NCBI RefSeq assembly: GCF_030384885.1
Contig: NZ_CP128613.1
Source: Escherichia coli
GTDB lineage: Bacteria > Pseudomonadota > Gammaproteobacteria > Enterobacterales > Enterobacteriaceae
Reading direction: 5' to 3' (one strand)
Length of the DNA: 64,000 bases
Below, piece after piece: positions 33,475-46,921 of the stretch. Within the stretch, counting starts at the first letter, position 1. Each line of letters begins with the position of its first letter. The position numbers were made by a program, and so were the translations under genes. The notes under the pieces were generated by a model that was not told the origin of the DNA, did not search any database, and saw only the letters and a list, made by a program, of their open reading frames with translations.

Positions 33475-35736
33475 TTAAAGCTGACGATTTTTATTGAAGT
33501 TAATCAAACTACCCGCTTTGATAATCTCGCGCTCTTCAGCAGTCAGACTTTCCATATAGAGCGTAATCTCTGTTACCGGCGCATCTTCATGGATCACATA
33601 ACCTTTAAACGTCGTACCTGGATTATCCAGCGCCATTTTAATGCCAGGGATGTAAATGTAATCGCCCACTTCAAAGTTCGGTACTTCCGCCATCTGCAGC
33701 GGTAACATTCCCCAGTTGATGACGTTAGAACGGTAGCGTTTAGTCGCGTACTCCTCAGCAATATTCGCCAGACCGCCAATCACACGCTGGCAGCTCGCCG
33801 CCTGCTCACGCGCAGAACCATCGCCTGGTTTCACCGCATAGACCATGCTGCCAATTTCAGTTTGCAGCGGATCAATATGCTCCTGACCAGCAATCTGCTT
33901 AATGCGCGCAAACACCTCTGTCAGCTCGCTGACATTGCCCGCCAGACGCTGATTTTCCAGCTCGGCAGTCGCTTTACTTCTGCCAACATAGCCCGGATCA
34001 CGGCGTGACAGGGTAAACTCCGCCAAACCAATCGGATTTGAACGATAAGAAGAGGTTTCACCGGAAGGAATCAATTCGTCGGTGGTGGTCACTTCGTCGA
34101 GGATCTTCGAGCACACTTTGAGGACGATATTGTCAGTCAGCGCCCCCAATTCCGGCCAGTCTTTGATGTTCGGTCCGTAGATCAGCGATTGCTGGGTCGC
34201 CCCTTTCACAAAGCCCTGATAGACGCGATTTTTATACGGCGTGACATCGAAGGCATACTCCGGCACGATGTCCCAGCAGTCCAATTCACTTGCAGAGGTT
34301 AAATAACCACCGTTTGCGGCTGTTGCAGCGATAGAACGGGCATCCATCAACGCCACCGCTGACATCTGACCGTTGGCTGGCTTAGAGCCTTCGCGATTCG
34401 GGAAGTTACGCGTGGTGTGGCGAATACTCAAACCGTTGTTGATTGGCGTGTCGCCCGCGCCAAAGCATGGGCCGCAAAACGCAGTTCTGATGATTGCGCC
34501 TGCGCCAATCAAATCTGCTACCACGCCTTTTTTGGCTAAATCCATAAACACCGGCTGTGATGATGGATAAACCGCCAGCGAGAAGGTGTCATTGCCACAG
34601 GATTGACCGCGCAGCGCATTAGCTGCAGCGATAACGTTTTCATAGTTACCGCCAGAACAGCCCGCGATAATCCCCTGCTGCACTTTCAGGCGACCATTTT
34701 CTACTTTATCCAGCAGCGAGAGTTTGGCTTTACCGTGCGCCACTCGTTCGGACTCAATTTCAATCTCACGCAGAATGTCGGTCAGGTTCTGGTTAAGCGT
34801 GTCGATTTCATACACGTTGCTCGGGTGGAACGGCAGCGCAATCATTGGTTTGATGGCGCTTAAATCAACGCTGATGCAACCATCGTAGTACGCCATCGGT
34901 TGTGGATTAAGCTGGCAATAATCCTGGCCGCGACCGTGCAGCGCCAGCCAGTTATGCACTTCTTCATCAGTTTGCCAGACGGAGCTTAAACAGGTGGTTT
35001 CAGTGGTCATCACGTCAACGCTGTTACGGAAATCGGTAGAGAGCGCGCTAACGCCCGGTCCAACAAACTCCATGACTTTGTTTTTGACGTAACCGTTTTT
35101 GAACACCGCGCCAATGATCGCCAGCGCCACATCCTGCGGTCCAACATAGGGGGCAGGTTTTCCGGTCAGATGCACCGCAACAACTCCCGGATAGTCGATA
35201 TCCCAGGTGTCATTAAGCAGCTGTTTTACCAACTCACCGCCACCCTCACCGACTGCCATTGTCCCTAATGCACCGTAACGGGTGTGGCTGTCTGACCCGA
35301 GGATCATTTTGCCGCCGCCTGCCATCATTTCACGCATATATTGATGGATTACAGCAATATGCGGAGGCACAAAAATACCGCCATAACGCTGCGCTGCCGA
35401 TAAACCAAAAATATGGTCATCACCGTTAATAGTGCCGCCGACGGCGCAGAGTGAGTTATGGCAGTTGGTCAGCACATACGGCAGCGGGAAACGTTCCATT
35501 CCGGACGCTTTAGCGGTCTGTACAATACCAACAAAGGTAATATCATGAGAGGCTAATGAATCAAACTTAATTTTAAGTTTGTCCATATTTCCGGACGTAT
35601 TATGAGAAGAAAGAATAGACCAGGCAATAGTGCCTTTTTTGGCTTCTTCTTTTTTAATTTCGCCGCTGAAATGTTCTTCGGCAATTATTTCGTTATTACT
35701 GGCGAGAAACACGCCTTTTTCAGATAACTTGATCAT
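33475..35736 (-). CDS. ybhJ: aconitase-family protein YbhJ (753 aa)
   Basis: Aconitase-family sequence; start taken at [10 protein letters not shown] (ATG 35734-35736) to match the 753-aa length. Confidence 0.85.
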   Translation of the reverse strand: MIKLSEKGVFLASNNEIIAEEHFSGEIKKEEAKKGTIAWSILSSHNTSGNMDKLKIKFDSLASHDITFVGIVQTAKASGMERFPLPYVLTNCHNSLCAVGGTINGDDHIFGLSAAQRYGGIFVPPHIAVIHQYMREMMAGGGKMILGSDSHTRYGALGTMAVGEGGGELVKQLLNDTWDIDYPGVVAVHLTGKPAPYVGPQDVALAIIGAVFKNGYVKNKVMEFVGPGVSALSTDFRNSVDVMTTETTCLSSVWQTDEEVHNWLALHGRGQDYCQLNPQPMAYYDGCISVDLSAIKPMIALPFHPSNVYEIDTLNQNLTDILREIEIESERVAHGKAKLSLLDKVENGRLKVQQGIIAGCSGGNYENVIAAANALRGQSCGNDTFSLAVYPSSQPVFMDLAKKGVVADLIGAGAIIRTAFCGPCFGAGDTPINNGLSIRHTTRNFPNREGSKPANGQMSAVALMDARSIAATAANGGYLTSASELDCWDIVPEYAFDVTPYKNRVYQGFVKGATQQSLIYGPNIKDWPELGALTDNIVLKVCSKILDEVTTTDELIPSGETSSYRSNPIGLAEFTLSRRDPGYVGRSKATAELENQRLAGNVSELTEVFARIKQIAGQEHIDPLQTEIGSMVYAVKPGDGSAREQAASCQRVIGGLANIAEEYATKRYRSNVINWGMLPLQMAEVPNFEVGDYIYIPGIKMALDNPGTTFKGYVIHEDAPVTEITLYMESLTAEEREIIKAGSLINFNKNRQL

Positions 35737-35918
35737 CAAATGCTCCAGATATCTGCGCACCGTTAAGTGCGCAGAAAGATAATAAATGGATATACTCTAA
35801 ATAATTCGAGTTGCAGGAAGGCGGCAAGCGAGTGAATCCCCAGGAGCTTACATAAGTAAGTGACTGGGGTGAGCGAACGCAGACGCAGCACATGCAACTT
35901 GAAGTATGACGAGTATAT

Positions 35919-37352
35919 TTACAGCATGTTCCAGCCGATCAGCATATTCCACCACCACACGCCGAGGGTGATATGTACCAGGAAGGTTAATATCGTCAGT
36001 ACCGCACCGACCAACCACCAGGATTTAATATCGTTATAGCCTACGCCGAAGATGACCGGACCTGCCGCACCGCCATAGTGAGTAACCATGCCGCCATAGG
36101 AGTTGGAGAAAAGCAGCGCCAGCGCAGTTAACATTAACGGTGCGCCGGAGACGTTCGCCAGCATGGCAAATACCGGTAACATGGCAACGATATAGGCACT
36201 ACCGGAAGCAAAGAAATAACGCACGATGATGCTAAGGAAAATAATAACGAAGAAAGCTACGTTACCATGGCCGTCAAATGCCAGGTTATTTTTAAAGACT
36301 TCAGCTAACCATTCGAAGAATTTAACTTTCGATAATAAGGAGCTTAAGCCGATAATACCGCCGTACCAGATTAAGGTATTCCAGCCGCCTTTATTTTTCA
36401 CCACGTCTTCCCAGGTAACGATCCCCAGCAGCAGCATGGTCGCCATAACAACGATTGCCACAGTGGATTCATCTACCCCGAGCGTTTTACTGAAAATCCA
36501 GCCCAACAGCGCCAGCACAAAGACACCGAGCAGCATTTTTTCGCGAATTTTCATCGGGCCCAGTTCGGCAAGGCCCGCTTTAGCGATAGTTTTGTTATCC
36601 ACCTTTTTAATTTCTGGCGGATACATGGTGTAAATCACCAGCGGAGTGACCAGCAGCATAATGATGCCCGGTAAACCAGCGGCCAGTGCCCATCCACCCC
36701 AGCTAATTTGCAGGTGCAGAATGTCGTTGATCATTTTCAGCGCCAGAATGTTCCCCGCCATTGCAGTAAAGAACATATAGCTGGTGGTTTTAGTAACCAT
36801 GTAAATGGACATCATCAGGTAATGTCCAACACGACGTGGGCTTTTTTCAGGTTCTGACCCCAAAGCCACCGCCACGCTGTTGATGATCGGTAACACAATG
36901 CCGCCCGCACGCGCGGTGTTAGACGGTGTTGCCGGAGCCAGTACCAGATCGAGGAATACCGTAACGTAACCCAGCCCCAGGGTAGTGCTACCAATTTTGC
37001 CAATCAATAAATAGGCAATACGTTTACCTAACCCTGTGGTCACAAATGCGGCGCTTAAGGTAAACGCCGAGAACACCAGCCAGGTGGTACCTGAAGAGTA
37101 ACCGCTTAATACGGCGGTGGTCTTAAATGCACCATCGGATAAATTACCGACCACCACCATTGAGGCAGCAACGGCAATTAACAGTACGACAGGTTCCGGG
37201 AAAGGCTTGATAACCAGCCCGACGATTGCTGCCAGGTAAATACCAAAAAGCACCCACGCCAGTTCGCTTAATCCTGCCGGAGCTGGCATAAAGCCAATAA
37301 TACATGGGATCGCTAATATCAGAATTAGCTTCCATAACGATTTTTTATTCAT
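35919..37352 (-). CDS. ybhI: DASS-family anion (di/tricarboxylate) transporter YbhI (477 aa)
   Basis: 477-aa polytopic transporter; synteny with ybhJ/ybhH. Confidence 0.9.
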   Translation of the reverse strand: MNKKSLWKLILILAIPCIIGFMPAPAGLSELAWVLFGIYLAAIVGLVIKPFPEPVVLLIAVAASMVVVGNLSDGAFKTTAVLSGYSSGTTWLVFSAFTLSAAFVTTGLGKRIAYLLIGKIGSTTLGLGYVTVFLDLVLAPATPSNTARAGGIVLPIINSVAVALGSEPEKSPRRVGHYLMMSIYMVTKTTSYMFFTAMAGNILALKMINDILHLQISWGGWALAAGLPGIIMLLVTPLVIYTMYPPEIKKVDNKTIAKAGLAELGPMKIREKMLLGVFVLALLGWIFSKTLGVDESTVAIVVMATMLLLGIVTWEDVVKNKGGWNTLIWYGGIIGLSSLLSKVKFFEWLAEVFKNNLAFDGHGNVAFFVIIFLSIIVRYFFASGSAYIVAMLPVFAMLANVSGAPLMLTALALLFSNSYGGMVTHYGGAAGPVIFGVGYNDIKSWWLVGAVLTILTFLVHITLGVWWWNMLIGWNML

Positions 37353-37426
37353 TTAAAATCCTGTTCTTTCTGTATGACTTATACAGAAGTCCTTTGTTAA
37401 TTGCCCTTATCACGACAACGACCTTT

Positions 37427-38479
37427 TCAGGGAAGATAAACTTCACCGGAAAATATTTTTCTGGTCGTCCGAATAACAGATGCGCGTAAGGTTGTGGCAT
37501 CCTGACCTTCATTGCTTAAATGAACGTCGAGCGCACCACTGGGATGTTCAATATTGATATTGCCATATCCTACAGAAGGGACGATTTGTCGGGTGACGGT
37601 GCCTTCCAATGCACAGCTACTGGAAATGGCAATAGCACCGGTTATCGCCAGCGCACGATGGCAGGAGTGCGGCATAAAATAACGCACATTAATTGCCCCG
37701 CCTTTCTGTGCTGGAGAAATAAGCACAGGCTTAGGGATAACCATATTACTGACATCACCTAAGCCCATTGCTTTACCCGCTTGTAGGCGGATAGATTCAA
37801 TGCGGGCTAATAATGTTTTGTCGGCATCCAGTTCCGCCGGTAATTCATAGCCTGTTTTACCCAGATATTCAGCCGGAATAATGACGACTGGCATCGCCAT
37901 ATCAATACAAGTCACTGGAACATCGTCAAAATAATCAATCTGATTATCAGTCGGGAAGACTTTTCCGGTTTTTGTTCCGGCGGCATTCAGGAAAGTGAGC
38001 GCAACTGGTGCGGCAGTACCCGGTACACCGTCAATCCTGGCACTACCTTCATATTCGACAACACCATTTGGCGTTTGCACATCAGCTTCGATGAACGTAC
38101 CCGTATTGACGTTGCGGATACGTACGCGGGTAACTGGCGAAGTCGCTGCAATCAAACCATTTTCAATGGCGAATGCCCCAACGCCAGACAGCATATTGCC
38201 GCAGTTAGGTGTTGTGTCGACACGTTGCTCATGGACGATAACCTGAGCAAACAGATAATCGACGTCAGCACGCGGATCGCTGGAACGGCTAATTATGGCG
38301 ACTTTACTGGTCAGCGGATTACCGCCGCCAATACCGTCAATTTCCAGATCGTTACCGGAACCCATAATTGCCATCAATATTTTATCGCGCTGCGTTTGAT
38401 CTTCGGGTAGATGTTCCGCTAACAGGAACGCGCCCCTCGAGGTTCCACCTCGCATCATCACGCAGGGTATTTTTTTCAT
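37427..38479 (-). CDS. ybhH: PrpF/AcnD-accessory family isomerase YbhH (350 aa)
   Basis: 350 aa; PrpF-like sequence; synteny. Confidence 0.9.
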   Translation of the reverse strand: MKKIPCVMMRGGTSRGAFLLAEHLPEDQTQRDKILMAIMGSGNDLEIDGIGGGNPLTSKVAIISRSSDPRADVDYLFAQVIVHEQRVDTTPNCGNMLSGVGAFAIENGLIAATSPVTRVRIRNVNTGTFIEADVQTPNGVVEYEGSARIDGVPGTAAPVALTFLNAAGTKTGKVFPTDNQIDYFDDVPVTCIDMAMPVVIIPAEYLGKTGYELPAELDADKTLLARIESIRLQAGKAMGLGDVSNMVIPKPVLISPAQKGGAINVRYFMPHSCHRALAITGAIAISSSCALEGTVTRQIVPSVGYGNINIEHPSGALDVHLSNEGQDATTLRASVIRTTRKIFSGEVYLP

Positions 38480-38662
38480 AATAATGCCCTCAATTTAAAA
38501 ACATAACTTATTGCGATATGGTTACATTAAGGGCAAAGCATCTCTAATGACTTTAGCTCAACGATTAATAACATTTTTTCATTAATTTAAGTTGGCTAAA
38601 TGCAGTTAAAATTTTTAACTGCCTGTCATCCAAAATCGTCGCATCCATTTTTCGGAGTAATA

Positions 38663-39616
38663 ATGAAGCATGAATTATCAAGTATGAAGGCATTTGTCAT
38701 ACTGGCAGAGTCCAGTTCATTTAACAATGCTGCTAAATTACTCAATATTACGCAACCTGCATTAACGCGAAGAATAAAAAAGATGGAAGAGGATTTACAT
38801 ATTCAACTATTTGAGCGTACAACTCGCAAGGTTACGTTAACAAAAGCAGGAAAAAGGTTGCTCCCGGAGGCGCGGGAATTAATAAAGAAATTCGATGAAA
38901 CGCTTTTTAATATTCGTGATATGAATGCTTATCATCGTGGTATGGTGACGTTAGCGTGTATTCCGACCGCAGTATTTTATTTTTTACCACTGGCAATCGG
39001 TAAATTTAATGAGCTGTATCCCAATATTAAAGTGCGGATTCTGGAACAAGGCACGAATAATTGCATGGAATCGGTGCTGTGTAACGAATCAGACTTTGGC
39101 ATAAACATGAACAACGTCACAAATTCATCCATTGATTTTACCCCACTGGTCAACGAGCCGTTTGTGCTGGCCTGTCGGCGTGACCACCCATTAGCCAAAA
39201 AGCAGCTTGTAGAATGGCAGGAGTTAGTGGGTTACAAAATGATTGGCGTACGCTCCTCCAGCGGCAACCGACTTTTGATAGAACAACAGCTGGCCGACAA
39301 GCCCTGGAAGCTGGACTGGTTTTACGAAGTGCGTCATCTTTCGACGTCATTAGGACTGGTGGAGGCGGGACTGGGGATTTCGGCGCTTCCTGGTCTGGCA
39401 ATGCCCCATGCACCCTATTCTTCGATTATTGGTATCCCGCTGGTGGAACCGGTTATACGTCGGACATTGGGGATTATTCGCCGCAAAGATGCCGTGCTTT
39501 CTCCGGCTGCAGAACGCTTTTTTGCCTTGCTGATTAATTTATGGACCGACGATAAAGACAACTTGTGGACCAATATCGTCGAACGCCAGAGACATGCGTT
39601 ACAGGAAATGGGGTAA
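38663..39616 (+). CDS. ybhD: LysR-type transcriptional regulator YbhD (317 aa)
   Basis: N-terminal HTH (ITQPALTRRIKKMEEDL); start at ATG 38663 to match 317 aa. Confidence 0.9.
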   Translation: MKHELSSMKAFVILAESSSFNNAAKLLNITQPALTRRIKKMEEDLHIQLFERTTRKVTLTKAGKRLLPEARELIKKFDETLFNIRDMNAYHRGMVTLACIPTAVFYFLPLAIGKFNELYPNIKVRILEQGTNNCMESVLCNESDFGINMNNVTNSSIDFTPLVNEPFVLACRRDHPLAKKQLVEWQELVGYKMIGVRSSSGNRLLIEQQLADKPWKLDWFYEVRHLSTSLGLVEAGLGISALPGLAMPHAPYSSIIGIPLVEPVIRRTLGIIRRKDAVLSPAAERFFALLINLWTDDKDNLWTNIVERQRHALQEMG

Positions 39617-39656
39617 TACTCCGGCGCAGGAGATACTGCGCCGGGTAAATCAGCGG

Positions 39657-40688
<1,032 letters not shown>

Positions 40689-40806
40689 CTAAAATTAGTC
40701 GCTTTTGGCGGTGAATGCTGAATTAAAACGCAGAATTTTGTCCGATAGTGGTATCGGTGTACCATTCGCGCAGACGAAAATTCTTAACCTTAATCTGGAA
40801 TACGCC

Positions 40807-41625
40807 ATGACCACACGCGTGATTGCACTCGACTTAGACGGCACCTTATTGACCCCGAAAAAAACCTTGCTTCCTTCATCGATAGAAGCCCTTGCCCGCG
40901 CTCGCGAAGCAGGCTATCAATTAATCATCGTCACGGGCCGCCATCACGTCGCTATTCATCCTTTTTATCAGGCGCTGGCGCTGGATACACCTGCTATTTG
41001 CTGTAATGGCACCTATTTGTATGATTATCATGCAAAAACAGTACTTGAAGCCGATCCAATGCCCGTTAATAAAGCCCTGCAACTCATTGAGATGTTGAAT
41101 GAACACCACATTCACGGTCTGATGTATGTGGATGATGCAATGGTCTATGAGCACCCGACCGGGCATGTCATTCGCACGTCTAACTGGGCGCAAACCCTGC
41201 CGCCGGAACAGCGTCCGACCTTTACCCAGGTTGCTTCACTGGCCGAGACAGCGCAGGAAGTTAACGCAGTATGGAAGTTCGCCCTGACACACGATGACCT
41301 GCCGCAATTGCAGCATTTTGGTAAGCATGTTGAACATGAATTGGGACTGGAGTGTGAATGGTCCTGGCACGATCAGGTTGATATTGCCCGCGGTGGTAAC
41401 AGCAAAGGTAAACGCCTGACGAAATGGGTTGAGGCGCAAGGCTGGTCGATGGAAAACGTTGTCGCATTCGGCGATAATTTTAATGATGTCAGTATGCTGG
41501 AAGCCGCTGGTACAGGCGTGGCGATGGGCAACGCCGATGACGCGGTAAAAGCGCGCGCCAACATTGTGATTGGTGATAACACCACCGACAGCATTGCCCA
41601 GTTCATTTATAACCACCTGATTTAA
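40807..41625 (+). CDS. ybhA: HAD-family pyridoxal phosphate phosphatase YbhA (272 aa)
   Basis: HAD motif I DLDGTLL; start at MTTRVIALDLDGTLL. Confidence 0.9.
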   Translation: MTTRVIALDLDGTLLTPKKTLLPSSIEALARAREAGYQLIIVTGRHHVAIHPFYQALALDTPAICCNGTYLYDYHAKTVLEADPMPVNKALQLIEMLNEHHIHGLMYVDDAMVYEHPTGHVIRTSNWAQTLPPEQRPTFTQVASLAETAQEVNAVWKFALTHDDLPQLQHFGKHVEHELGLECEWSWHDQVDIARGGNSKGKRLTKWVEAQGWSMENVVAFGDNFNDVSMLEAAGTGVAMGNADDAVKARANIVIGDNTTDSIAQFIYNHLI

Positions 41626-42684
41626 TCAGGCAGTTATCGACACACTTTTAATTTGCGCGTACAGCCACAGGCCAGGTTTGATCGCCAGTTCATCCCTGGC
41701 CCACGGGCTTATTCGCGCCCACAGCGTTTTACCGCCGACTTCCAATTCCACTTCCACCTGACCGTTGTCGTCATAGCTATTGACGACTTTGGCGCGCAGC
41801 ACATTGCGGATGCTGGTTTGTTGCGGCGGTTGTAAAACCAGAGAAACATCGGAAGCCTGGATGCGGATGCGTAGCGCGGCTTGCAGCGGTTCATCCAGCT
41901 TATTAACCCACAAATGCTGATCGCCCAGCGCCAGCGCGGTCATCGCGTAACGCGGATGATGTTCCAGTACCGTTACTTTCAGAATGCTGCTTTGTTGCTC
42001 TTTCGGCAGCCATGGATTCATCACGCTACTGCCCCAGACTTCTTCCAGCGCACCGAACGCTTTCACCTGGCCATTTTCCAGTACCATCACTCGGTCTGCC
42101 AGATGGAGGATCTCATCCAGCGAATGGCTGACATAGAGCATCGGAATGTTGATTTCCCGCGTCAACCGTTGCAGATAAGGCAATAGCTCGCGTTTTCGCG
42201 GAAGATCCAGCGAGGCCAGTGGTTCATCCAGCAATAATAATTCCGGTGCTGTCAGCAATGCCCGGCCAATTGCCACACGCTGTTTTTCGCCTCCGGACAG
42301 GCTGCCCGGTAAACGGTCAAGCAACGGTTCAATGCCTAAAAGCGCCACCAGCTTATCGAACTGATCGACCATGCTTTTCGCCATGCCGTAGCGCAGATTT
42401 CCACGTACTTTGTAATGCGGAAACAGCCGCGCATCCTGAAACACATAACCAACGCGACGCTTTTCTGGCGAAAGGCAGATCCCTTTTTCGGCGTCATTTA
42501 GTACCCGACCATTGAGGACAATCCGCCCTTTTTGCGGACGTGTCAGCCCACTGATGGCATTAATCAGCGAGGTTTTTCCAGCTCCGGAGACACCAAAGAT
42601 AGCGGTGATACCATTGGCGGGCAGCGTTTCATTAATGGCCAGGCAATGATTGCCCAACGTCTGGGAAAAATTCAGTTCCAGCAT
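41626..42684 (-). CDS. modC: molybdate ABC transporter ATP-binding protein ModC (352 aa)
   Basis: Walker [12 protein letters not shown] signature LSGGEKQR, C-terminal TOBE domain. Confidence 0.95.
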   Translation of the reverse strand: MLELNFSQTLGNHCLAINETLPANGITAIFGVSGAGKTSLINAISGLTRPQKGRIVLNGRVLNDAEKGICLSPEKRRVGYVFQDARLFPHYKVRGNLRYGMAKSMVDQFDKLVALLGIEPLLDRLPGSLSGGEKQRVAIGRALLTAPELLLLDEPLASLDLPRKRELLPYLQRLTREINIPMLYVSHSLDEILHLADRVMVLENGQVKAFGALEEVWGSSVMNPWLPKEQQSSILKVTVLEHHPRYAMTALALGDQHLWVNKLDEPLQAALRIRIQASDVSLVLQPPQQTSIRNVLRAKVVNSYDDNGQVEVELEVGGKTLWARISPWARDELAIKPGLWLYAQIKSVSITA

Positions 42685-42686
42685 GA

Positions 42687-43376
42687 TTAGCGCCCCGCCC
42701 GTTCACGGCTGATTCTGGCCAGCCATTCAGAAATCAACAGGGAGATCATCGCCAGCGCAATAGAGATAATGCACAGTCTCGCCGCACCACTTTCCCCGCC
42801 GGGGGTCTGGATCAGGGTATACATGGCTGAAGGAATGGTTCGCGTTTCGCCAGGAATGTTAGAAACAAAGGTTATGGTTGCCCCAAACTCACCAAGCGAA
42901 CGAGCGAATGCCAGTACCGTACCGACGATAATTCCCGGTAAGGTCAGCGGTAACGTGATAGTAAAGAACACGCGCCAGCGCCCTGCCCCCAATGTTCTTG
43001 CGGCCTGTTCCAGTTTGACATCAACCCCTTCCAGCGCCAGACGAATTGCCCGCACCATCAACGGAAACGACATCACGGCGGCAGCGAGAACCGCGCCACG
43101 CCAGCTAAAGGCGAAGGTAATGCCAAACCAGTCATACAGACGTTCACCGATAAATCCGCGCCGTCCCATCGAAACTAATAACAAGTAACCGACGACCACG
43201 GGCGGTAACACCAGCGGTAGATGCAGTACGCTATCGAGCAGAGCTTTGCCCGGAAATGTGCAACGCACCAGTAACCAGGCAAAAAAGATCCCAAACGGCA
43301 GGCTAAACAGCACAGCCAGGGAAGAAACTTTCAGGCTTAATAAAACCGCCTGCCATTCTGGATCGGTCAGTATCAT
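42687..43376 (-). CDS. modB: molybdate ABC transporter permease ModB (229 aa)
   Basis: Sequence and length; operon position. Confidence 0.95.
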   Translation of the reverse strand: MILTDPEWQAVLLSLKVSSLAVLFSLPFGIFFAWLLVRCTFPGKALLDSVLHLPLVLPPVVVGYLLLVSMGRRGFIGERLYDWFGITFAFSWRGAVLAAAVMSFPLMVRAIRLALEGVDVKLEQAARTLGAGRWRVFFTITLPLTLPGIIVGTVLAFARSLGEFGATITFVSNIPGETRTIPSAMYTLIQTPGGESGAARLCIISIALAMISLLISEWLARISRERAGR

Positions 43377-44149
43377 TACTTGGTTGTAAATCCGTAGCGT
43401 TTAAAAATTTCCGCAGCCTGCGGTCCCTTCAGATAATCATAAAATGCTTTTACTGTCGCATTGTTATGTCCTTCCACAACAGCAACCGGATATTCCACTT
43501 TTTTATGTGAATCTTCCGGGAAGGTGGCAACCACTTTTACCCCTTTGCTGGCAACTGCGTCAGAACCGTAAACAATGCCCAGCGGCGCTTCATTGCGTTC
43601 GACCAACGCCAGCGCGCCACGAACATCTTCCGCCGGAGCCAGTTTCGGGGAGAGCGTATCCCATGCGCCCAGTTTTTGCAGTGCTTCTTTTGCATAAATG
43701 CCAGCGGGAACATGTTCCGGATCACCAACCGCCAGGCGACCGCCATTCAGCAGCGAAGTCCAGTTGGTTTTGCTGTCAATGGAGAAATCTTTCTGCTCGC
43801 TGGCTTTCGGTGCTACAACAACCAGGCTATTACCGAGTAGAGTCTGACGCGAGGCCGTATCGATCGCTTTTTTATCAACCGCATAATCCATCCATTTCTG
43901 ATCGGCAGAAATAAACAGATCCGCAGGCGCACCCGCTTCAATCTGACGGGCCAAGGTAGAAGACGAGGCGAAAGAAGAGACGACATCTACGCCTTTCTCT
44001 TTTTTATACTGCGTAGCGATGTCCTGCATTGCGTTAGTCAGTGATGCGGCGGCGAACACCGTGATTTTTCCTTCATCTGCCAGTACATTGCCAGCAACAG
44101 CGAAAGAGAATGCCGCTCCGGCAAACAAGTTCAACCATTTACGAGCCAT
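43376..44149 (-). CDS. modA: molybdate-binding periplasmic protein ModA (257 aa)
   Basis: Signal peptide and sequence recognised. Confidence 0.95.
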   Translation of the reverse strand: MARKWLNLFAGAAFSFAVAGNVLADEGKITVFAAASLTNAMQDIATQYKKEKGVDVVSSFASSSTLARQIEAGAPADLFISADQKWMDYAVDKKAIDTASRQTLLGNSLVVVAPKASEQKDFSIDSKTNWTSLLNGGRLAVGDPEHVPAGIYAKEALQKLGAWDTLSPKLAPAEDVRGALALVERNEAPLGIVYGSDAVASKGVKVVATFPEDSHKKVEYPVAVVEGHNNATVKAFYDYLKGPQAAEIFKRYGFTTK

Positions 44150-44160
44150 TGGTAACCCCT

Positions 44161-44191
44161 TAACGTGACGTTATGTAGGCGACAATATAAC
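44161..44191. promoter_or_regulatory. ModE operator at the modA promoter
   Basis: taacgtgacgttatgtaggcgacaatataacg, the reverse complement of the CGTTATATTGTCGCCTACATAACG-type ModE site. Confidence 0.75.
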
Positions 44192-44314
44192 GGCAAGTTC
44201 AGAATTTTCCCAGCAGTTATTGCTAACCTTTGTGAGGTTGATGAAAAAAATATCGGCAGGAAAAGCAGGAAGTTGAGAAAAAGAAAATGCCCGACTAAGC
44301 GGGCATTCAGAGAA

Positions 44315-44482
<168 letters not shown>

Positions 44483-44592
44483 TCATGAGACTATTCTAAC
44501 CGCTAAGCACAGAAAAGCACTCCCCTTTTGTGCGGTCAGCTTTGCGTGGCGTTCGTTTTCCGTCACAATAAGACTTTTGCCAGGACATTGTT

Positions 44593-45381
44593 ATGCAGGC
44601 CGAAATCCTTCTCACCCTTAAGCTCCAACAAAAATTATTCGCCGACCCGCGCCGCATTTCGTTACTAAAACACATTGCGCTTTCAGGTTCCATTAGCCAG
44701 GGAGCGAAAGATGCCGGTATCAGCTATAAAAGCGCCTGGGATGCCATTAACGAGATGAATCAGTTAAGTGAGCATATTCTGGTTGAGCGCGCAACAGGCG
44801 GTAAAGGTGGCGGCGGCGCAGTACTGACCCGCTATGGTCAGCGACTGATTCAGCTCTATGATTTACTGGCGCAAATCCAGCAAAAAGCCTTTGATGTGTT
44901 AAGTGACGATGACGCCTTGCCGCTGAACAGCCTGCTGGCCGCGATCTCACGTTTTTCACTGCAGACCAGTGCCCGTAACCAGTGGTTTGGCACCATCACC
45001 GCCCGCGATCATGATGACATTCAACAACATGTTGATGTCTTACTGGCCGATGGCAAAACACGCCTTAAAGTCGCGATTACCGCACAAAGTGGCGCACGTC
45101 TGGGACTGGATGAAGGCAAAGAAGTGTTGATTCTGCTGAAAGCGCCGTGGGTGAACATTACTCAGGATGACACTGTCGCCCAGGGTGCCGACAACCAATT
45201 GCCGGGCATTATTCGTCATATAGAGCGCGGTGCAGAACAGTGCGAAGTATTAATGGCGTTACCTGACGGGCAAACTCTGTGCGCCACGGTGCCGATAAAT
45301 GAAGCAGCTTCTCTTGAACAAGGGCAGAATGCCACGGCTTACTTTAACGCCGACAGCGTGATTATCGCTACGCTTTGCTAA
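44593..45381 (+). CDS. modE: molybdate-responsive transcriptional regulator ModE (262 aa)
   Basis: Sequence recognised; divergent from modABC. Confidence 0.95.
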   Translation: MQAEILLTLKLQQKLFADPRRISLLKHIALSGSISQGAKDAGISYKSAWDAINEMNQLSEHILVERATGGKGGGGAVLTRYGQRLIQLYDLLAQIQQKAFDVLSDDDALPLNSLLAAISRFSLQTSARNQWFGTITARDHDDIQQHVDVLLADGKTRLKVAITAQSGARLGLDEGKEVLILLKAPWVNITQDDTVAQGADNQLPGIIRHIERGAEQCEVLMALPDGQTLCATVPINEAASLEQGQNATAYFNADSVIIATLC

Positions 45382-45448
45382 GCGTGTTGACAATTTGTTA
45401 TGAAACACGTATCCCTGTCAGTAATCGCTGCAAAAAATGGGATATAAA

Positions 45449-46921
45449 ATGTCATCGTTGCAAATTTTGCAAGGCACGTTTCGTCTTAGCGACACAAAAA
45501 CGCTGCAATTGTCTCAGCTAACGTTAAACGCGGGTGATAGTTGGGCGTTTGTCGGTTCGAATGGAAGCGGGAAGTCGGCGCTGGCCCGCGCGCTGGCGGG
45601 GGAACTTCCGCTTTTGAAAGGTGAACGACAAAGTCAGTTTTCCCACATCACTCGTCTCTCCTTCGAGCAATTGCAAAAGCTCGTCAGCGACGAATGGCAA
45701 CGGAATAACACCGATATGCTCGGCCCTGGCGAAGATGACACCGGACGCACTACGGCTGAAATCATTCAGGATGAAATTAAGGATGCACAGCGTTGTGCGC
45801 AGTTGGCGCAGCAGTTCGGCATTACCGCCCTTCTCGACCGACGCTTTAAATACCTTTCCACTGGCGAGACGCGAAAAACCCTGCTGTGTCAGGCGCTGAT
45901 GTCGGAGCCAGACTTGTTGATTCTTGATGAGCCGTTCGATGGCCTGGATGTTGCCTCACGTCAGCAGCTGGCTGAGCTGCTCGCCTCGTTACATCAGTCC
46001 GGTATTACCCTGGTACTGGTGCTCAATCGCTTCGATGAGATCCCGGAATTTGTCCAGTTTGCTGGTGTGCTGGCGGATTGCACGTTAGCGGAAACTGGTG
46101 CTAAAGAGGAACTGCTCCAACAAGCACTCGTCGCGCAACTGGCGCATAGCGAACAGCTTGAAGGTGTGCAACTGCCGGAGCCAGATGAACCTTCAGCACG
46201 TCACGCCTTACCCGCCAACGAACCGCGCATTGTGCTGAACAACGGCGTGGTTTCTTATAACGATCGCCCCATTCTTAATAACCTTAGCTGGCAGGTGAAT
46301 CCAGGCGAACACTGGCAAATTGTCGGGCCAAATGGCGCGGGAAAATCGACGCTATTAAGCCTGATTACAGGCGATCATCCGCAAGGTTACAGCAACGATT
46401 TAACACTTTTCGGACGACGTCGCGGCAGCGGCGAAACCATCTGGGATATCAAAAAACATATCGGTTACGTCAGCAGTAGTTTGCATCTGGATTACCGGGT
46501 CAGCACTACTGTGCGTAATGTGATTCTTTCTGGCTATTTTGATTCGATTGGCATTTATCAGGCCGTTTCGGATCGCCAGCAAAAACTGGTGCAGCAGTGG
46601 CTGGATATTCTCGGCATTGATAAACGCACAGCTGACGCTCCTTTCCATAGTCTTTCCTGGGGACAGCAGCGTCTGGCGCTGATTGTCCGCGCACTGGTGA
46701 AACATCCGACGTTGCTTATTCTCGATGAACCACTACAGGGGCTTGATCCGCTCAATCGCCAGCTTATCCGCCGTTTTGTTGATGTGCTGATTAGCGAAGG
46801 TGAAACGCAATTGTTGTTTGTTTCGCACCACGCTGAAGATGCGCCTGCCTGTATTTCCCATCGTCTTGAGTTCGTGCCGGACGGTGACCTCTATCGTTAT
46901 GCGCTGACAAAAATAAACTGA
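45449..46921 (+). CDS. modF: ABC-family ATPase ModF (two ATP-binding domains, 490 aa)
   Basis: Two Walker A motifs (GSNGSGKS, GPNGAGKS); start at MSSLQILQG. Confidence 0.9.
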   Translation: MSSLQILQGTFRLSDTKTLQLSQLTLNAGDSWAFVGSNGSGKSALARALAGELPLLKGERQSQFSHITRLSFEQLQKLVSDEWQRNNTDMLGPGEDDTGRTTAEIIQDEIKDAQRCAQLAQQFGITALLDRRFKYLSTGETRKTLLCQALMSEPDLLILDEPFDGLDVASRQQLAELLASLHQSGITLVLVLNRFDEIPEFVQFAGVLADCTLAETGAKEELLQQALVAQLAHSEQLEGVQLPEPDEPSARHALPANEPRIVLNNGVVSYNDRPILNNLSWQVNPGEHWQIVGPNGAGKSTLLSLITGDHPQGYSNDLTLFGRRRGSGETIWDIKKHIGYVSSSLHLDYRVSTTVRNVILSGYFDSIGIYQAVSDRQQKLVQQWLDILGIDKRTADAPFHSLSWGQQRLALIVRALVKHPTLLILDEPLQGLDPLNRQLIRRFVDVLISEGETQLLFVSHHAEDAPACISHRLEFVPDGDLYRYALTKIN